Shown here: positions 26,294 to 40,699 of the stretch, piece by piece
Layout: every line of letters starts with the position of its first letter
How positions within the stretch are numbered: position 1 is the stretch's first letter
DNA from: Octopus vulgaris
Lineage: Eukaryota
Length of the DNA stretch: 64,000 nucleotides
NCBI GenBank assembly: GCA_951406725.2
Contig: OX597819.1
Location: 105,152,001 to 105,216,000 of the forward strand
Direction: 5' to 3'
Notes under the pieces: generated by a model
What the model was told of the DNA's origin: nothing
Seen by the model: the letters and a program-made list of their open reading frames with translations, nothing else
The model's database searches: none
Translations under genes and position numbers: made by a program

Positions 26294-26392
26294 TTGCACT
26301 AAAGATTGGAGCCAAGAAAAACTACCAGCAACATCTGTGATTATAACATTCCATAACGAAGCCCGATCCGCATTATTACGCACTGTGATAAG
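26294..26392 (+). CDS. GALNT2: Internal coding exon (99 nt, phase 2/2) of a polypeptide N-acetylgalactosaminyltransferase, GALNT2/pgant2-like; start of the GT-A catalytic domain
   Basis: Acceptor ttctatttaccag, donor AG|gtaaga. Translates to [32 protein letters not shown](S), matching the GALNT signature LPxxSVxIxFHNE and the GALNT2-type continuation ARSALLRTV. Not in the ORF track. Confidence 0.92.
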
Positions 26393-29300
26393 GTAAGAGA
26401 TTTTGGTACCAGTTACATAAATGGTGTTTATGGCAATAATGTCCAGTAATTCTGAATCCAAAGTATAAATGAGATTTATGAATTACTAAAACTTATAGGT
26501 TGGTGGGGGTAATTTATCATTTTTATCACTCATTTCAAAATGATTTCTATCAATCATAATGCAGAAAGTTTTATGTATTTCCGTTGTATGCATTTTTTCG
26601 GTTTGATATAAGTTGAAATAGAATTTGCTGTTCTTAATTATCCCCCAAAGTACCATTAACCATAACTCAGTCAGGATGCCGTATTTGAATTTGAATCCAA
26701 AAGAGAAATCGGTTAATGTTATTTTAGAGATGTGAGATAGTAACTAGTGTTCTGGTATGTTCTTGTCAAAGTGAATTACATCACCTGCTTTTCATGTCCC
26801 TGTTTTACATCCACTGCTTTTGATCTCGGGGAAAGTCATGAACTTTTCCATTTTCTTCCTTTTACATGCTTATTTCAGAAATGGTTATAATGCACATCTA
26901 AACAGCTGGAATTCTCTATCTCTGCAGTTATTGTAAGAACATAAAAACATTTGCTTTGTAGATTTGACTTGAAAACTGTCTCTGTATAATCTTACACAGT
27001 GACAGGGGACTTTGAGTTGCATCTAATATGGATTGCAACAAATCTGATAAGACTAACGAAGATCTAATAAAAATATATTCCAAAGAATTTGTTTGAAAAC
27101 CAGACCACCAAATGTGTTGAAAGAGCTGTTATAGGGTGGTGCTGTTGTGTAAGGAATTAGCATGTGTAGAAGTCTGTTATATTGCAAAACTATCAGTATA
27201 GGAAAATCAAAGGTAAAGCTGCAGTTGATGGTTTCTATAAAATGTAAGCTATCACATAATATATACACAGCAAACTTTCTTAATACTAGCTTACACTTGT
27301 GCACTGGCAGATAAGAACTTTATAATAAAATAAACAAATAGGTGCAAACAGACAGTGAAGACAACCATTGCATATTTCATACAAATAATAAGTAGAAGCA
27401 TCTCCCATATACATGGTAATAAGAAAATATTTGACCGTGCAGCCCCAGTTCTATGAAGGCACATTAATATCATTGCTGCTACTGCTGATGTTTTTGCTAC
27501 CTCATTTTCTGTGCTAGCATGGGTTGGATGAGACTTATTGAGGTAGTTTTATGTGGTCAGATAACAATTCTTGCTGACAAAAACACACACATACACCTTA
27601 TAAGAAAATTTGGTTTACAGAAATTGGTAGAAACCTGTTGTATGCGTGTATATGTATGCATGTGTACACATGCACATATATACTTGGTAAGACTCATCTA
27701 TCACAATTAAAGTAAGGCTTTAAAAGCAATATGTTTATGCCCCTGCACTTAGTCTGTTCCAGTCAAGCTTTTTGCCACCTCTTATCTTTCTAACACTCAT
27801 CCCTCCATCACTCTTCTGACAATGGCACTGTTCAGCTGCTGTAATTGTAAGACAGCAGAAGCTGTAAATATTTCTTCCTGTTTGTGCAACAAGTTACCAC
27901 CTTTCTACCTCCCTGGAAACACTTCCTTTAGCATCCATCTCTTTCCACTTTATTTTCCTCTGATTAACTTTTTCTATCTTCTTAGTATCTCACTCTCTCT
28001 CCTCTGAGGTACATCTTAAGACTACCTTACCTCATCATTAATATTCTTTTGTATCTGCTATCATCTTCAGCACCATCTCATATCTGCTGTCGATACCCCC
28101 CTCCCACCTTTGTTCCCAATCGGTTTTTCCACTGATTAAAGGAAATTAGAAGATGGATGTTAAATAATAATTTTGATGATTTTGTGTGTAAAAAAGAGAG
28201 AGAGAGAGAGAGAGATAACTATGCTTATCTTTGGTGGCAAATGATGTCTTTGCTATTGTGGCTCATTCAAAATTATCAGGCAATAACTGGTGATATTTGT
28301 TGAGATTTCCTGTTAGCAAATCGTCTTTAAGTTGTGCACTTTTGAATTCCTCTGAAATGACAAAAAAAAAAATCCCTTAAAAAATAGGTAGAGATTGGTG
28401 ACATGAAGATCATTTGGTCATTAACATCCTGTCTCCATTTCCTCTTGTCTAAGCTATACTAGCATGGAAAAAACAGTTATATAATGAAATTATTTAATGT
28501 AAACTTTTCCATGCTTGTATGGTTCATATGGAATTTATTAAGACAGATTTTGTACAGCTAGATGCTCTTCTTGTTGCCAACCCTTACTTGTTGCCAAGCA
28601 AGGTTTTCCTATGGCCAAACATATTTTTCATGGAAAACTGGAAATGAACAGTCTTGCTTCTATGATGATGATGATGGTCATTTACAGCCATCACCTGATG
28701 TCTAAACAAGGGTATACGCACATGCACTCATACATGCACATGCACACACCCATCTATGTATATGACTGGCTTCTTTCAGTTTCTGTTTACCAGATTCACT
28801 TATAAGGTTTCGGTTGGCCTTGTCTGAAGTGGCATCCTGTGAGATTGAACCTAAGATCTCCTGACTGAGGAATAAGCTTCTTAACGTCACAGCCACATGT
28901 ATATCTATGTATTTATCTATCTATAATATGCATGCACGCATATGTGTGTGTGTACATATATATGCACACACTCTTCATGGTCTTGCCAAGGACATAACGA
29001 CCTGAAAGGGACCACGTATACTCTTAAAGTTGTTGATGGAACCAGAAATGAAACATTCAAGCAAGACATGGTCCTCCCACTCATTCTGAGAGCATTGACT
29101 CCCAATAAGTAATGGCTCAGACAGTGATAGATCCTCCACTCCAACCATGCCAGCAGGAGAAAACAGAAAAAAGAAATAATGATGATAATGATGGTGCTGA
29201 AGTATGCACCTGTGATGATATATATATCAGTTTTACATGAAGTATTTTTGGTTCAGAGATATGTAAGTCATTAATATGTTATGAGAAAATTTAATCACTG

Positions 29301-30179
29301 CTAATTATTTCATTAGGATAACATGAAATTTATCATTAGTGTATCAGCTGATTCACAAGTGTGTGTCTGATCTCTCCCTCTCATTCTCTCCCATCTCTCC
29401 TCTTTTCTCTCCCATCTCTCCTCTTTTCTCTCTTTCACTCCCTCCTCTCTCTCTCTCTCATGTATACATAGACATATGTAAACATTTGACCATGGGCTCG
29501 TATGTATATATGTATGTGTGAGAGAGAGTGAACTCTAATAATGTGTTAGAACAACTCCATCAATGATAAGTGGTATTTCATCAATGACAGTGTTCCAGTA
29601 ATGATATAGAGTAGTTTTATGAAGAATATATGGTTGTGTTCCAACAGTAGTATAGAGAGAAAAATGTAAATTATTAAACACACACACACACACACACTGA
29701 GATTGTGTTTCTGTGTATGTGTGTGTGTGTGTGTGTGTGTATATAAAATATATAAAATGTATAGGGTAATGTTCTGTTAATAGGTAGGATCAAAAATAAA
29801 AGAAGTACTGCAGCCAGCAAGAGATAAATATCATTTAATATACATCAGATTTGAAATCAAGGAACTTTAAGATTCATGCTTACGATAGTACTATCATTGG
29901 GTGAACTTGTATAATATGGCATGTACTGTTGGGCAATATTCCAGTCTCTTTCTCTCTCTCTCTCTCTCAATCTCTCACTCTCTCTCTCTATTTATATATA
30001 TATATATAATGATAGGCATCTCTTGGCCTCAGAAGACCATGGATCTGCCCTTGGAGAATTTTGTATCAGCTGCTGATGGTGGTTCAGTATCAGCTATGGC
30101 CGTACAGGCCTACATAGGAATGATAGTCTTGCATGCAGTGACTCCATTTGAAGATGCTTTCCACCGGTGCTCTCGAGTT

Positions 30180-31365
30180 TTCTATCTTTGAGCATGCTTT
30201 TCTTCAATGACAAGTTTCAGTTTCTCTTCCCCTCACTCTATCCCCTTGCGTAGTACTTGTTTCCAGCATGGTTGATCATTTGCTCCCATCTCACAACTTC
30301 CACATCTTTTGACTTCATATCTCTCTTGCATACATCCTTGAAACAGACATGAGGTCATCCTTGTCCACGTGTTGGTGGCTAATTCCCCATATAGGAGGTC
30401 TTTTAGGTTCCTCCTGTCTGGCATACAGTATACATACCAAGCCAGCACAGATGGTACCATTAGAGCAGGGTGAATATGGTGGGTATCTTGGCATGGTTGA
30501 GGACTTCAGTGTTGGTGACTCAGTTGGTCCACTTGATATGGCTACAAAGGTGGAAGATGTTTAGACGATGCTCCTGCCTAGAGTAGAGGCTCATGTTTTG
30601 CTGCTGTAAAGTAGTGTACTGAGGACACTTGCTTTGTTGACAGCATTCTGAGTGTTTGTTAATTTTCTGTTCTTCCAGACTCTTTTTGTCAGCCTGGCAA
30701 ATGAGGAGGCGTGCTTGTCCAACTTGCCTGCTGATTTCATGGTCCAAGGAGAGATTATCAGTAATGATACAACCGAGCTAGGTGAATTCATGGACTACCT
30801 CCAACTTGTAGTTAGTGAAGGTGGCAGGGTGCTTGACACTTTAGTCCAGTATATTGGTTTTCTTCATGCTGAATTCCTGGCAGACCTTTGAGAGTTTGTT
30901 CACAAGGTACTGCATTTGTTCCTCAGTGTCCTGTCCAATGCTGTGTTGTCTGCAAACAGCATTTCTCTGATGAGTACTTGACAAACCCTGGATTTTGCTT
31001 TCAGCCTTGACTGAACTAAACAGTTTCCTGCCTGATCTAGTATGGAGATAGACACATTCCAAATGCATGTTTCAGTATGATTACAAAAAGAATCCAAACA
31101 GGATGGGAGCAAGCACACAGTCCTGTTTCACACTGCTGCATATGTTGAATGTCTCTGAAGAAGAGCCATCAAATTAAATGACACCTTTCGTATCCACATG
31201 GAACAATTGGACTGTCCTGAGAAGTCTTGGAGTACAGCCATTCTTGACGTACTAAGTAGGTCGAAAGCCTTTGTGAGGTCAATGAAGGTGATATAGAGTG
31301 GCTGCTTTTGTTTTTGGCACTTCTTCTGCAGCTGTCAGAGAGAAAAAATGTCAATTGTAGAGTGT
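30180..31365 (-). mobile_element. Old, frameshifted RTE/BovB-like reverse transcriptase fragment
   Basis: Pieces DLTKAFD, SSVKQDCVLAP, REMLFADN, FARLTKRVW and KDLLYGELA. Confidence 0.8.
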
Positions 31366-31492
31366 TCTATCTAACCTGAAACCACATATATATCTCTCTT
31401 GCGGGTACTTGGTGACCTCACCAGAACTGGTGCTACATAAAATTTACCTAGTACACTCTGTCTGTTAAGTGGTTGATATAAGTAAGAGCATT

Positions 31493-32139
31493 GGTCAATA
31501 TAAAGACCTTCACCTGGGAACAAAAAAAAAAAATTAACCAGCCTGTGGGGTGTTAACAAGTGTGTGGAAAGCGTACGGAATACCACGTTTTTGGTTATGG
31601 AGGATCTGATTCTGAAAAAAAAATTTTCAAAAATTGCAATTTCAAAATTTCGATTCCCCCCTCCCCCTTTCATTTTTCACTTTTTCCAGATTTTTTTTTG
31701 GTGAAATACATAGAAAAATATGAAGATTATAATTCTGGAAAAGCTTGTAAAATTTCAATTTTTCAACAAGGTAAAAAAAGAAAATATTCCCTCTGGCCTT
31801 CAAGCCAGCTATCCACATGCTAGAAATAACAGACAAATCTCACAAAAAATGAAATTTTGAAAATGTGATTTTTGAAAATTTTTGTTTCAGAATCTGATTC
31901 TCCATAACCAAAAGCATAGGATTCCATAAAAAAAAAAATCAATATATATCCATTTTACCCGGAAAATTTTTCCATTTATTATGGAAAAATCGGATCTTGT
32001 GAATTTTCTGAAAGTTCCCTCCCCACCCCAGGGTCGTCAGCATGCATTATGTTTTTCGTATTTGTTTTCCACACACTTGTTAACACCCCCCAAGCTGGTT
32101 GATTTTTTTTGTTCATGGGTGAGGATCTTTATATTGACC
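31493..32139. mobile_element. Non-autonomous foldback or TIR DNA element with two nested inverted-repeat pairs
   Basis: Outer arms 31493-31570 / 32066-32139 (GGTCAATATAAAGA...); inner arms 31577-31651 / 31851-31925; imperfect 8-bp TSD agagcatt/agaacatc. Confidence 0.82.
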
Positions 32140-33237
32140 AGAACATCTGGCTGTAGGACCCATGCCAAAGCAGATATAAAACCTGGTGGAGCCCTCAAGC
32201 TTGTCTGTTCTTGTGAAACTGTCCAGCCCATGCCAGCATGGAAAAAAAGGGCGTCAAATAATGATGATGATATATGTGTGGGAATACACACACACACACA
32301 TGTGCTTATACATATGCTGTATACTGAGAAAACATGTTGATGGCATTAATGGTAGTTGTTGGGGGCCATGATAGTAGTGGTGGTAGTAAAAGTACTAGCA
32401 GTATAGTTTTGGGGAAATAACTTTCACTACTAACAGCAGCGACAACAATGTTAACAACAATATTAAACTGGTGTCAAGAAAGAGGGCACGGATGGTGGTG
32501 TTGTCATGGCTGCTTTTTATTGGTTTTGCAGATGTTAAGTTGTAATATGGTATTTTAGACTGATGGTAGTAAATACTGATTCTGTATGTGTCTATGCATT
32601 TCTGTGTTTATCTGTGTGTGAATATGTGTGCGTATCTCTGTATGTGTATGTGTGTATCTATGTGCATGTGTGTTTTTTTTTTGTGTGTGCATGTATGTAT
32701 GTAAATTTATGTATGTCCTTAAGCAAGCTTTTCATATCATATTGCGCCAGTCTTCTCAGCTAAAAATAAGAACCAACCAGTTGACGGTGCAGTCCTCTCT
32801 CCTTCCAGCTGTCACATCTTTGATGCTCCCTTGGGGCAAGGATGATGGGACTGAGAAGGTGTCTATATCTGCTTCTGACTACGGAGGTACCTAAAACAGC
32901 AAAAGCATGGTACATGTTATCAAGCCTGTGTGCAGATGTATGTTTGCATGTGTGGGTTGGCATGTATGAGTGTTTATGCCTGCTTATATATCTATATATA
33001 TGCTTGTATGTATGTGTGTGTGTATGCCTGTTTCTTTCTATGTGTGATACTTCTGTGTGTATGTTTGTGTCTCCTCTTTTATTTGTTTCAGTCATTGCAC
33101 TGCGGCCATGCTGAGGCACTGCTTTGAAGGGTTTTAGCTATACAAATCACCATTAATACTTTTGCTGAACTGCTAAGTTATGAGGATATAAAGAAACCAA
33201 CACTGGTTGTCAAGTGGTGATGAGAGACAAGCATAAG

Positions 33238-33287
<50 letters not shown>

Positions 33288-34129
33288 AAACACCCATCCA
33301 CACACAGAAACACACACCCACACTTGCATATATATATATATATATAAATTTAATATGTAATTTAATATATAAAATGTTAATTTAATACATAAGTTGCTAT
33401 AAATTGCTTTTTCCATGCTGACTACTTGATAATTATCATTAATGTAATTTTTATCCTTACTTTATGAGTATATATATATGCATATATATATATATATATA
33501 TATATGCATACATACATGCACAGATGCGTGGCAGCCCATTATGTATGTGTATGTGTGTATGTATAATGGACTTTGCACAGTTTCCTTCTACCAAATTCAC
33601 TCATAAGGCATTGGTCAACCTGGGGCTTTAGTAGAAGCTACTTGCCCAAGGTGCTGTGCAATGGGACTGAACTCAGACTTGCATGGATGCTAAGTGAGCT
33701 TCTTAACTACACATCCCTGCCTGTGTATGTATATTTGTGTATGCATGTAATCTATATTCATTAAGACTAGCTGGACCTGTCAAAAATTCACTTAAAACAT
33801 AAAAAAATGTAAGCATCAGTAAACAGTGTACTGGTGCCATGAGAAATGTTTGTATATTATGACTGTCTGAGTTTAAATTCTGCTGAGAACCACAATGCTA
33901 TGCATGTCTATGGAGTACTCAGCCATTTGTGAGTTAATTTTATCCTTGTGTGGTAATGAAAAGTGAAATTTACATCCAATATTTTCTGTGTGTATGTATC
34001 TATGTATGAACTTTTCTTTGGATTTATGTATCTACTGTCTCTCTCACTTTCTCTCTGTCTCTTTCTTTGTGTCCCTCTTCTCTCCTTCTTTTGATTTAAC
34101 AATATGTATATGTATCTATGTATCTACTT

Positions 34130-34532
34130 CTCTTGCGATGTGATAAACATTTAAAACACAAAACAAACGCCGTCACCACTCAATGTCTCTTTCACTCTCT
34201 CTCTTTCTCTCTTAAGTCCTCTCTGAAACCTTTAAAAACACAAAACGAATGTTGTCACCACTCACTATCTCTTTCTCTCTTACTTCATTTCTGAAACTTT
34301 TAAAAATACAACATGAATGACGTCACGACTCACTCTCTCTTTCATTCTCTTTTTCTCTCTCACTCTCTCACATTCTCCTTCACTCTCCCCTTTTCTCTCA
34401 CTTCCTCACTCTCCCTCTCTTACTTCCTTTCTGTCCTCCTCTCTCTTGCTTTGCCACTTCTTTGAAGTAAGTGTGACGCACACAACAGGTACATACAAAA
34501 ACAAAAAGTTAGCATATTAATATTATTGATGA
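34130..34532 (-). mobile_element. Possible Helitron-like 5' portion with three internal repeats of about 70-80 bp
   Basis: The minus strand begins a|TCatcaataatattaatatgc...tttgt; repeats aaacacaaaacaaacgccgtcaccactc. Confidence 0.4.
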
Positions 34533-35306
34533 TAGCAATTGAACAACAGTGAAAAATGTTGCATTGTTACTGTAAGTTTGTCTTAATTAGTTTAGTTGTG
34601 TGGTTAAAAAGCTTGCTTTGCAACCCCCATAGTTTGGGGTTAAGTCACCTATGGCAAGTATCTTCTACTTATAGCCTCAAGTTGACCAATGCTTTGTTGA
34701 GTGGATTTGATACCTAGAAGGCTGCCTTTGACCTTTTGTATCCAAAAGGGATTTTTGACCCAATATTTACATGCAATTATTTACAGGGTTATCTATTTTG
34801 AGTTCTACAATTAAAAGCAAATTATCTCACATTCTCTCAAAATTTCTAAATTCTTGTGCGTGCGCATGCATGCATGTGTGTGTTTGTGTTTGTCTCCACC
34901 CACAACCATCTGACAATTGGTGTCGGCTTACTTCAGTTCTTGTAGCTTTGTGGGTCAACAAAAAATGACTTGTAGAATAAGTACTTGACTTAAATAAATA
35001 AAAAAAAAAGATGGTGCCCCAGCATGGATGTAGTTTAATGACTGAAACAAATTAAAAAATGAACACACCTTTGTTTCAAGTAATTTAAAAAATGATGAAG
35101 AATTTATTGAAATAATTTTATAATTTTTAAGCTATTTTAATTTATGTTTGGCACATAAATTGACATGGAATTTTGATAGATTTTAATTTAGATTACTTTA
35201 AAAATCAAAAACTTTGTATTAGAGAACTAGGAACACACTCAGATGGGTTAGTATCAAAAGAGTATGCAGTGCAGGCAGCTCTGAAGACTCTGTGATGGAG
35301 GAGGAG

Positions 35307-35351
<45 letters not shown>

Positions 35352-36603
35352 GTATAAGTAAAGATATGAATTTAACTGTTAATATTTTCAGTGTAAAATA
35401 ATGTTAATCATTACAAGTAATTTGAAAGAAAATAAACAGGTCTTTATCAAGTCAGCGTTTCTGGTCTGTTGCTCTCTTCTAGCTTAAATTGGGGGTTGTA
35501 ATATACCTAATTATCAGTTTATATCCATATTAATTAGTGTGTGTGTGTGTGTGAGTGAGAGAGAGGGTCATCTATGTATGATGTTCTCATAATGTCAATT
35601 AAATGCAGACCATGTGTTGCTGTGTGATGTTCACTGAGAGACCGAGATCATGGCTTGTGTGAAACTATGCTTGTGCCCCCTACACACACACATATTCACA
35701 CACACATATTCACACACACACACACACACACACTACTTATACATCCACATATTCACATACACACACTGAATAATTCTTCCCTCTCCCATTACAAATCTAT
35801 ATTGAGCACTAATTACATCTCTGAATGAAAAACATAAATACATACATATGTATGTAGTTTCCTTGTTTATTTAAACTCTTCCCTTGTGTCCTAATTTTGC
35901 TATCCTGTTTTCATTATTAACTTAATTATTAAGTTCAACATAATGGTGTATTTGGTCTAAACTTATTGAAATACTCTATATGTTCATTCATTCGTCCATA
36001 TATTCATTTCTACATACATGCTTGTGTAGATATGGAGTTCATTTTGTTACTTTGTTATTCATAGTCTCAAATTCTATATTACAGTGGCCTTGAGTAAGTG
36101 GCTTCAGGTTTGTATGGAAACCTGCAGTGAGTACTGTGTGTATGTATAAGTGTGTGTGTGTGTCTGTGAAGGTTTATATTCCAATTCTTTGCATGAAACT
36201 CTTGAGCAATCAGATTTTAACATTTGTTGGCATTCCTTGCTAACAAATCATCTTGTAGTTCCATACTTCCAAAGATAAGTGTTATAAAGAATCCGTTATT
36301 TGAAAAACTGATAAGAGTTAGCAACTGGAAGGACATCCATCTTTAAAACTATGCTTTACTATAAACTTGTCCAAGCCATGCTATCATAGGAAAATGGCAA
36401 AACAAAAAAATGAATATATATTGCTTATAAATCTGGGACACCAAATGCACGTACAATTTTATACTCATTATTATTGGAATAGTTGCTAAATAGTACTGGC
36501 TTTCTTGGATTAAAGTATGGTTGAGCTTGGGACTTATAGAGAGAATTTAGCTCCTCAATCCATGTTACAGATGACAATTGCCAGACCTGCAGGATCATAT
36601 GAT

Positions 36604-36828
36604 TTGACCCTTTCATTACCAACCTGGCTGAAACCGGTTCTGGTTCTGAGTACAAATGTCTTGTTTTCATAAGCTTTGAATTAAAATCTTCCACCAAACC
36701 TGAGTCATAATTTGTGTATCCTAACACTAGCTTAATGGTAACCAAGTTATTTTGCTAAATTTTTTGTTATATTTAAAGTAATTGAAAGAAACACAGAGCA
36801 TCTCAAAATAAATACAATAACTAAAGGG
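36604..36828. mobile_element. Degenerate piggyBac-like MITE, second family
   Basis: ttga|CCCTTTCATTA...TAACTAAAGGG; a related decayed copy at about 34728-35262. Confidence 0.55.
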
Positions 36829-37834
36829 AGGGGGGAATAAGAAATTATTTTGTCTGACATTCTATTGATTTTGCTATCTGTATATGTATTTATATATACA
36901 TATACAAATGTGTGTGTGTATATATATATATGCATGTTTGTATATGTGCATATATCTGTGTATGTTTACCTACATATGTGTGTGTATGAATATACATGTA
37001 GGTTTGTATATCATTGCCATCATCATTATGTCCATTTTGTTTTCCATGCTTGTATAGGTTGGATGGTCTTCTCCTGCATCTCTTTGAGGTTCTGTTTTCT
37101 GAAATTGGCCAGTATATGTTAATGTATACTCCTTTCACACTCTCACAGACCTACCTACCCATCCAGCCATACTCGATTCTCTCTCTATCCATACACAGAT
37201 ACTTCATCTCCACCATCTTGTATCCCTTTCCTACTTGAGCCTTTCTACACATGGCACAAAGTCACCTCTCTTAATATTACTCCTCCCCACTCTGTCAAGG
37301 GGTCTTGTCTTGTTAGTTACTTGGTGACCCTACTCGTGCTAGTGCCATGGAAAAAGTACCCAGTACACTCTGTAAAGTTCAATTCAATTCAATTTTCAAT
37401 TCAATTTTTATTGGCTCAAAAAGCCAAAGCAAGGCCATGTAGAGGGACAGGGAGCTATGTATAGGGAGGGTGGTCATACAAAGAGTTCAGGCCATTTCTG
37501 GTCAAGAGAGACTTTGAACCGAGCAGTTGTCGGCATCTTCCTTAACATTAGGATGGGCATCCAGCTGTAGAAACCTTGCTAAAGCAGCCCTCAGGTTAGT
37601 TGGATCCTGTTGACCCAACCAACTCATGCCAGTATAGGACATGATGTTAAATGATGATGATGATATGTTTATGAATATATGTATGTGTGTGTAGGTTCAT
37701 ATGTTTATTTGTATGTATGTTTATATGCATATATACTGCACCCTGATTTAAATATTTGCATAGTCATGGCTGACTTGTCTAATAGTTAGTGATGGTCTCC
37801 TATGGACATGATTGGACAGTTATCTTATATGATA

Positions 37835-38015
37835 GATCATTAGCCACTACACAAATTTTTTTTCTCTCCTTGTTTTTTCTGTTTACTTTTCTGTAGAAGA
37901 GCGTAGGCTCGAAACGTAAAAGACTTTTCCTATTCCTGAGTGCTATACTAATACATCTGTTTGTTTTGTACACCACCTGTCTTCGTCTTTTGTTTTTTTC
38001 ATAAAATTTCCCTTT
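37835..38015 (+). mobile_element. PLE or retrozyme-like fragment, family 2, with hammerhead variant at 37887-37922
   Basis: UUUU-CUGUAGA-A-GAGC-guag-GCUC-GAAA-C-GUA^AAAG; ends at (TA)n. Confidence 0.7.
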
Positions 38016-38504
38016 ATATATATATATATATATATATATTCATTCATTCATTTATTTTTATTTTCATTTTCCATACTGGTATGGATTAGATAAAAATGTT
38101 ATTGAGGTATTGTTTCACAACCTATCTTTCCTGTCATTAGCACTTACCTGTTTTACAAGTCAAGGATATGGTATTTTATCACATGTCTTCAAAGGCACAA
38201 AACCAGCATGAGGGAATGACAGCAACATCATTATCTGTAATTGAATGATTTTTGGCAAAGAGCAAATGTAAATAAACACACATTACATCTCTGCCTATTT
38301 TATCAGTTAATCTGTTTGCTGATCGATTGATGATGGCTTTTTTCAGTTTCCATCTGCCAAATCCAGTCACAAGGCTTTGATTCACTCTGGTTTACAGTAG
38401 AATGATGTTTGCACAAGCTGGTGTGCAGTGGTACTGAATCTGAGACCATGATTTTGTATTGTGAAGCAAACTTAACCATACAGCTATGCCTGTGCCTATT
38501 ATAC

Positions 38505-38918
38505 TTTTTTACTCTTTTACTTGTTTCAGTCATTTGATTGTGGCCATGCTGGAGCACCGCTTTTAGTTGAGCAAATCGACCACAGGACTTATTCTTTGTT
38601 AGCCTAGTACTTATTCTATCAGTTCCTTTTGCCGAACTGCTAAGTTACGGGGACGTAAACATGCCAGCATTGGTTGTCAAGCAATGTTGGTGGGACAAAC
38701 ACAGACACACAAACATATACACACACATACATATATATATATATACATATATATGATGGGCTTCTTTCAATTTCCGTCTACCAAATCCACTCACAATGCT
38801 TTGGTCGCCCGAAGCTATAGTAGAACACACTTGCCCAAGGTGCCACGCAGTGGGACTGAACCCAGAACCATGTGGCTGGTAAGCAAGCTACTATTTACCA
38901 CAAAGCCACTCCTGCGCC
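38505..38918 (-). mobile_element. CORE-type SINE with tail A
   Basis: Full-length and near-consensus. Confidence 0.88.
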
Positions 38919-40699
38919 TATTATGTATGCATATTTAAATTTATATATAACAAATTTAGTTTAACTGTGGAATGAAAAATAGCAAGTGATATCCAAGATT
39001 TTCACAAAACATGCAAATATCTAATTGGAAAGATGTATGAAATGAGATGGTTAAGGCTGGAATGTGATTGATCATAGATTTGCTTGAACAGAGCAAGCAA
39101 CAACAGTATCAATAACAACCATATGGCATTTTTGACGGCAACACCACAGACACTAGCACAACAATCACAAGCACTACCAACACCATGACTACTATACAGC
39201 TCTGCCACAACAATCCCTACCATTGTCCCTACTGTTACTACCACTCCATTACTAACCACCACCACCATTGTCACTACCTACTCCACCACCACTACTATAA
39301 CTAAACACTATATAACATTCAAACCAATGAAACTACCTGTTGTGTGATCACTTGATCTACTCAATTTTAGGAGCTAAATTCTCTCAAATCACATTCCTGC
39401 TGCCTTAAAAAGATGGACACATCTGATGATGCCTTAGACATACAAAAGGACAAGATTTGTCATTGATATAAAATGCCTGTGACCATGGGGTTGCCTAATT
39501 AGATTTGGCTTAGAGCTAAACAACAGCAACTATCACAAAAAGAACATGGCACTGTTAACTACACCACTACCACCATAATCACCTTCTCCACTAAACTCCA
39601 TTATCTCCACTAGCCAATAAAAAAGCTTCTATGTAGTCATTAACTTTGTTAGAAATAGCAACCAAATCTCCCCTAACTTACACTATACCATCTTAGAAAA
39701 GAACACATTAGATCACATGGTCCTGGATTTCACCATGTCTTAGAAAAAAAATATAATCAGGATGGGCACCGAGTGTCTTTGGTTACATTGCTTGTCTGTT
39801 TGGTCAGGGCTGCTGACCAGGGGTTAAATGACAGCAATGACATCAACAATGATCTCTAACATTTAACACCGCTGCCTGGGTCTTGAGTCCTTTTAGCAGG
39901 GATTATTCTGTTGCAAACATTGGGGCTAGATTTTTGGTTTGGGGATAACAGCTCTTTAATTCTTCATCTCATCAGTTTCAGAAGCTCTGTAAATAATCAT
40001 AAGTGCTGCACTTCCATTTTTGATTGTGCATTGAAAAAAAACACCCCCAAAACCTACTGCTACTACTACTACTGCTGCTGCTGCTGCTACCACCATGATG
40101 CTACCATCACCACCACTACTATTAGTAGCAATGGTTATAACAGTACTATGCTTATCATGATGATTAATACAAATGCCAACATCAACTCCACTCCCAGAAA
40201 CAAAAACAATGTTGATATATATATATATATATATATATAGTCTTCCTCTTCCTCTCTTGTCATACTGACTCCATGACTAATAAACACCACCAACACCCTT
40301 TTTTTATTTCCACATCATCATAATCTGTAAACATCAAAGAAATCCCACCTTTATGTGATGAATTTCTGATATATTATATTACCCACCGCCACCACACACA
40401 TATGTACATATATGTATGAATACATATAAATGTACATGCACATAAACATGCACATCGTTATCATCATTATCATTTAATGTAACCCAGCAAGCTGGGGGGA
40501 TTGCATCAATCTTCAACGTGTGCTTTGGTATGGCTTCTACAGTTGAGGCTTTCTCTAATGCCAACTGCTTTACAGAGAGTATTGGGTGCCTTTTTGTAAC
40601 ACTGATACTGTGCGTTTTGCCCTGTATCATACACCTGCAGCATATAAAGTCAATCGTCATATGATAAACTGAAGTCAATCTTCATATGATAATCTTTGA

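Noticed and set aside
25982-26461. 159-aa minus-strand ORF
   Set aside because: It is the antisense shadow of the GALNT exon plus a trinucleotide-rich tract
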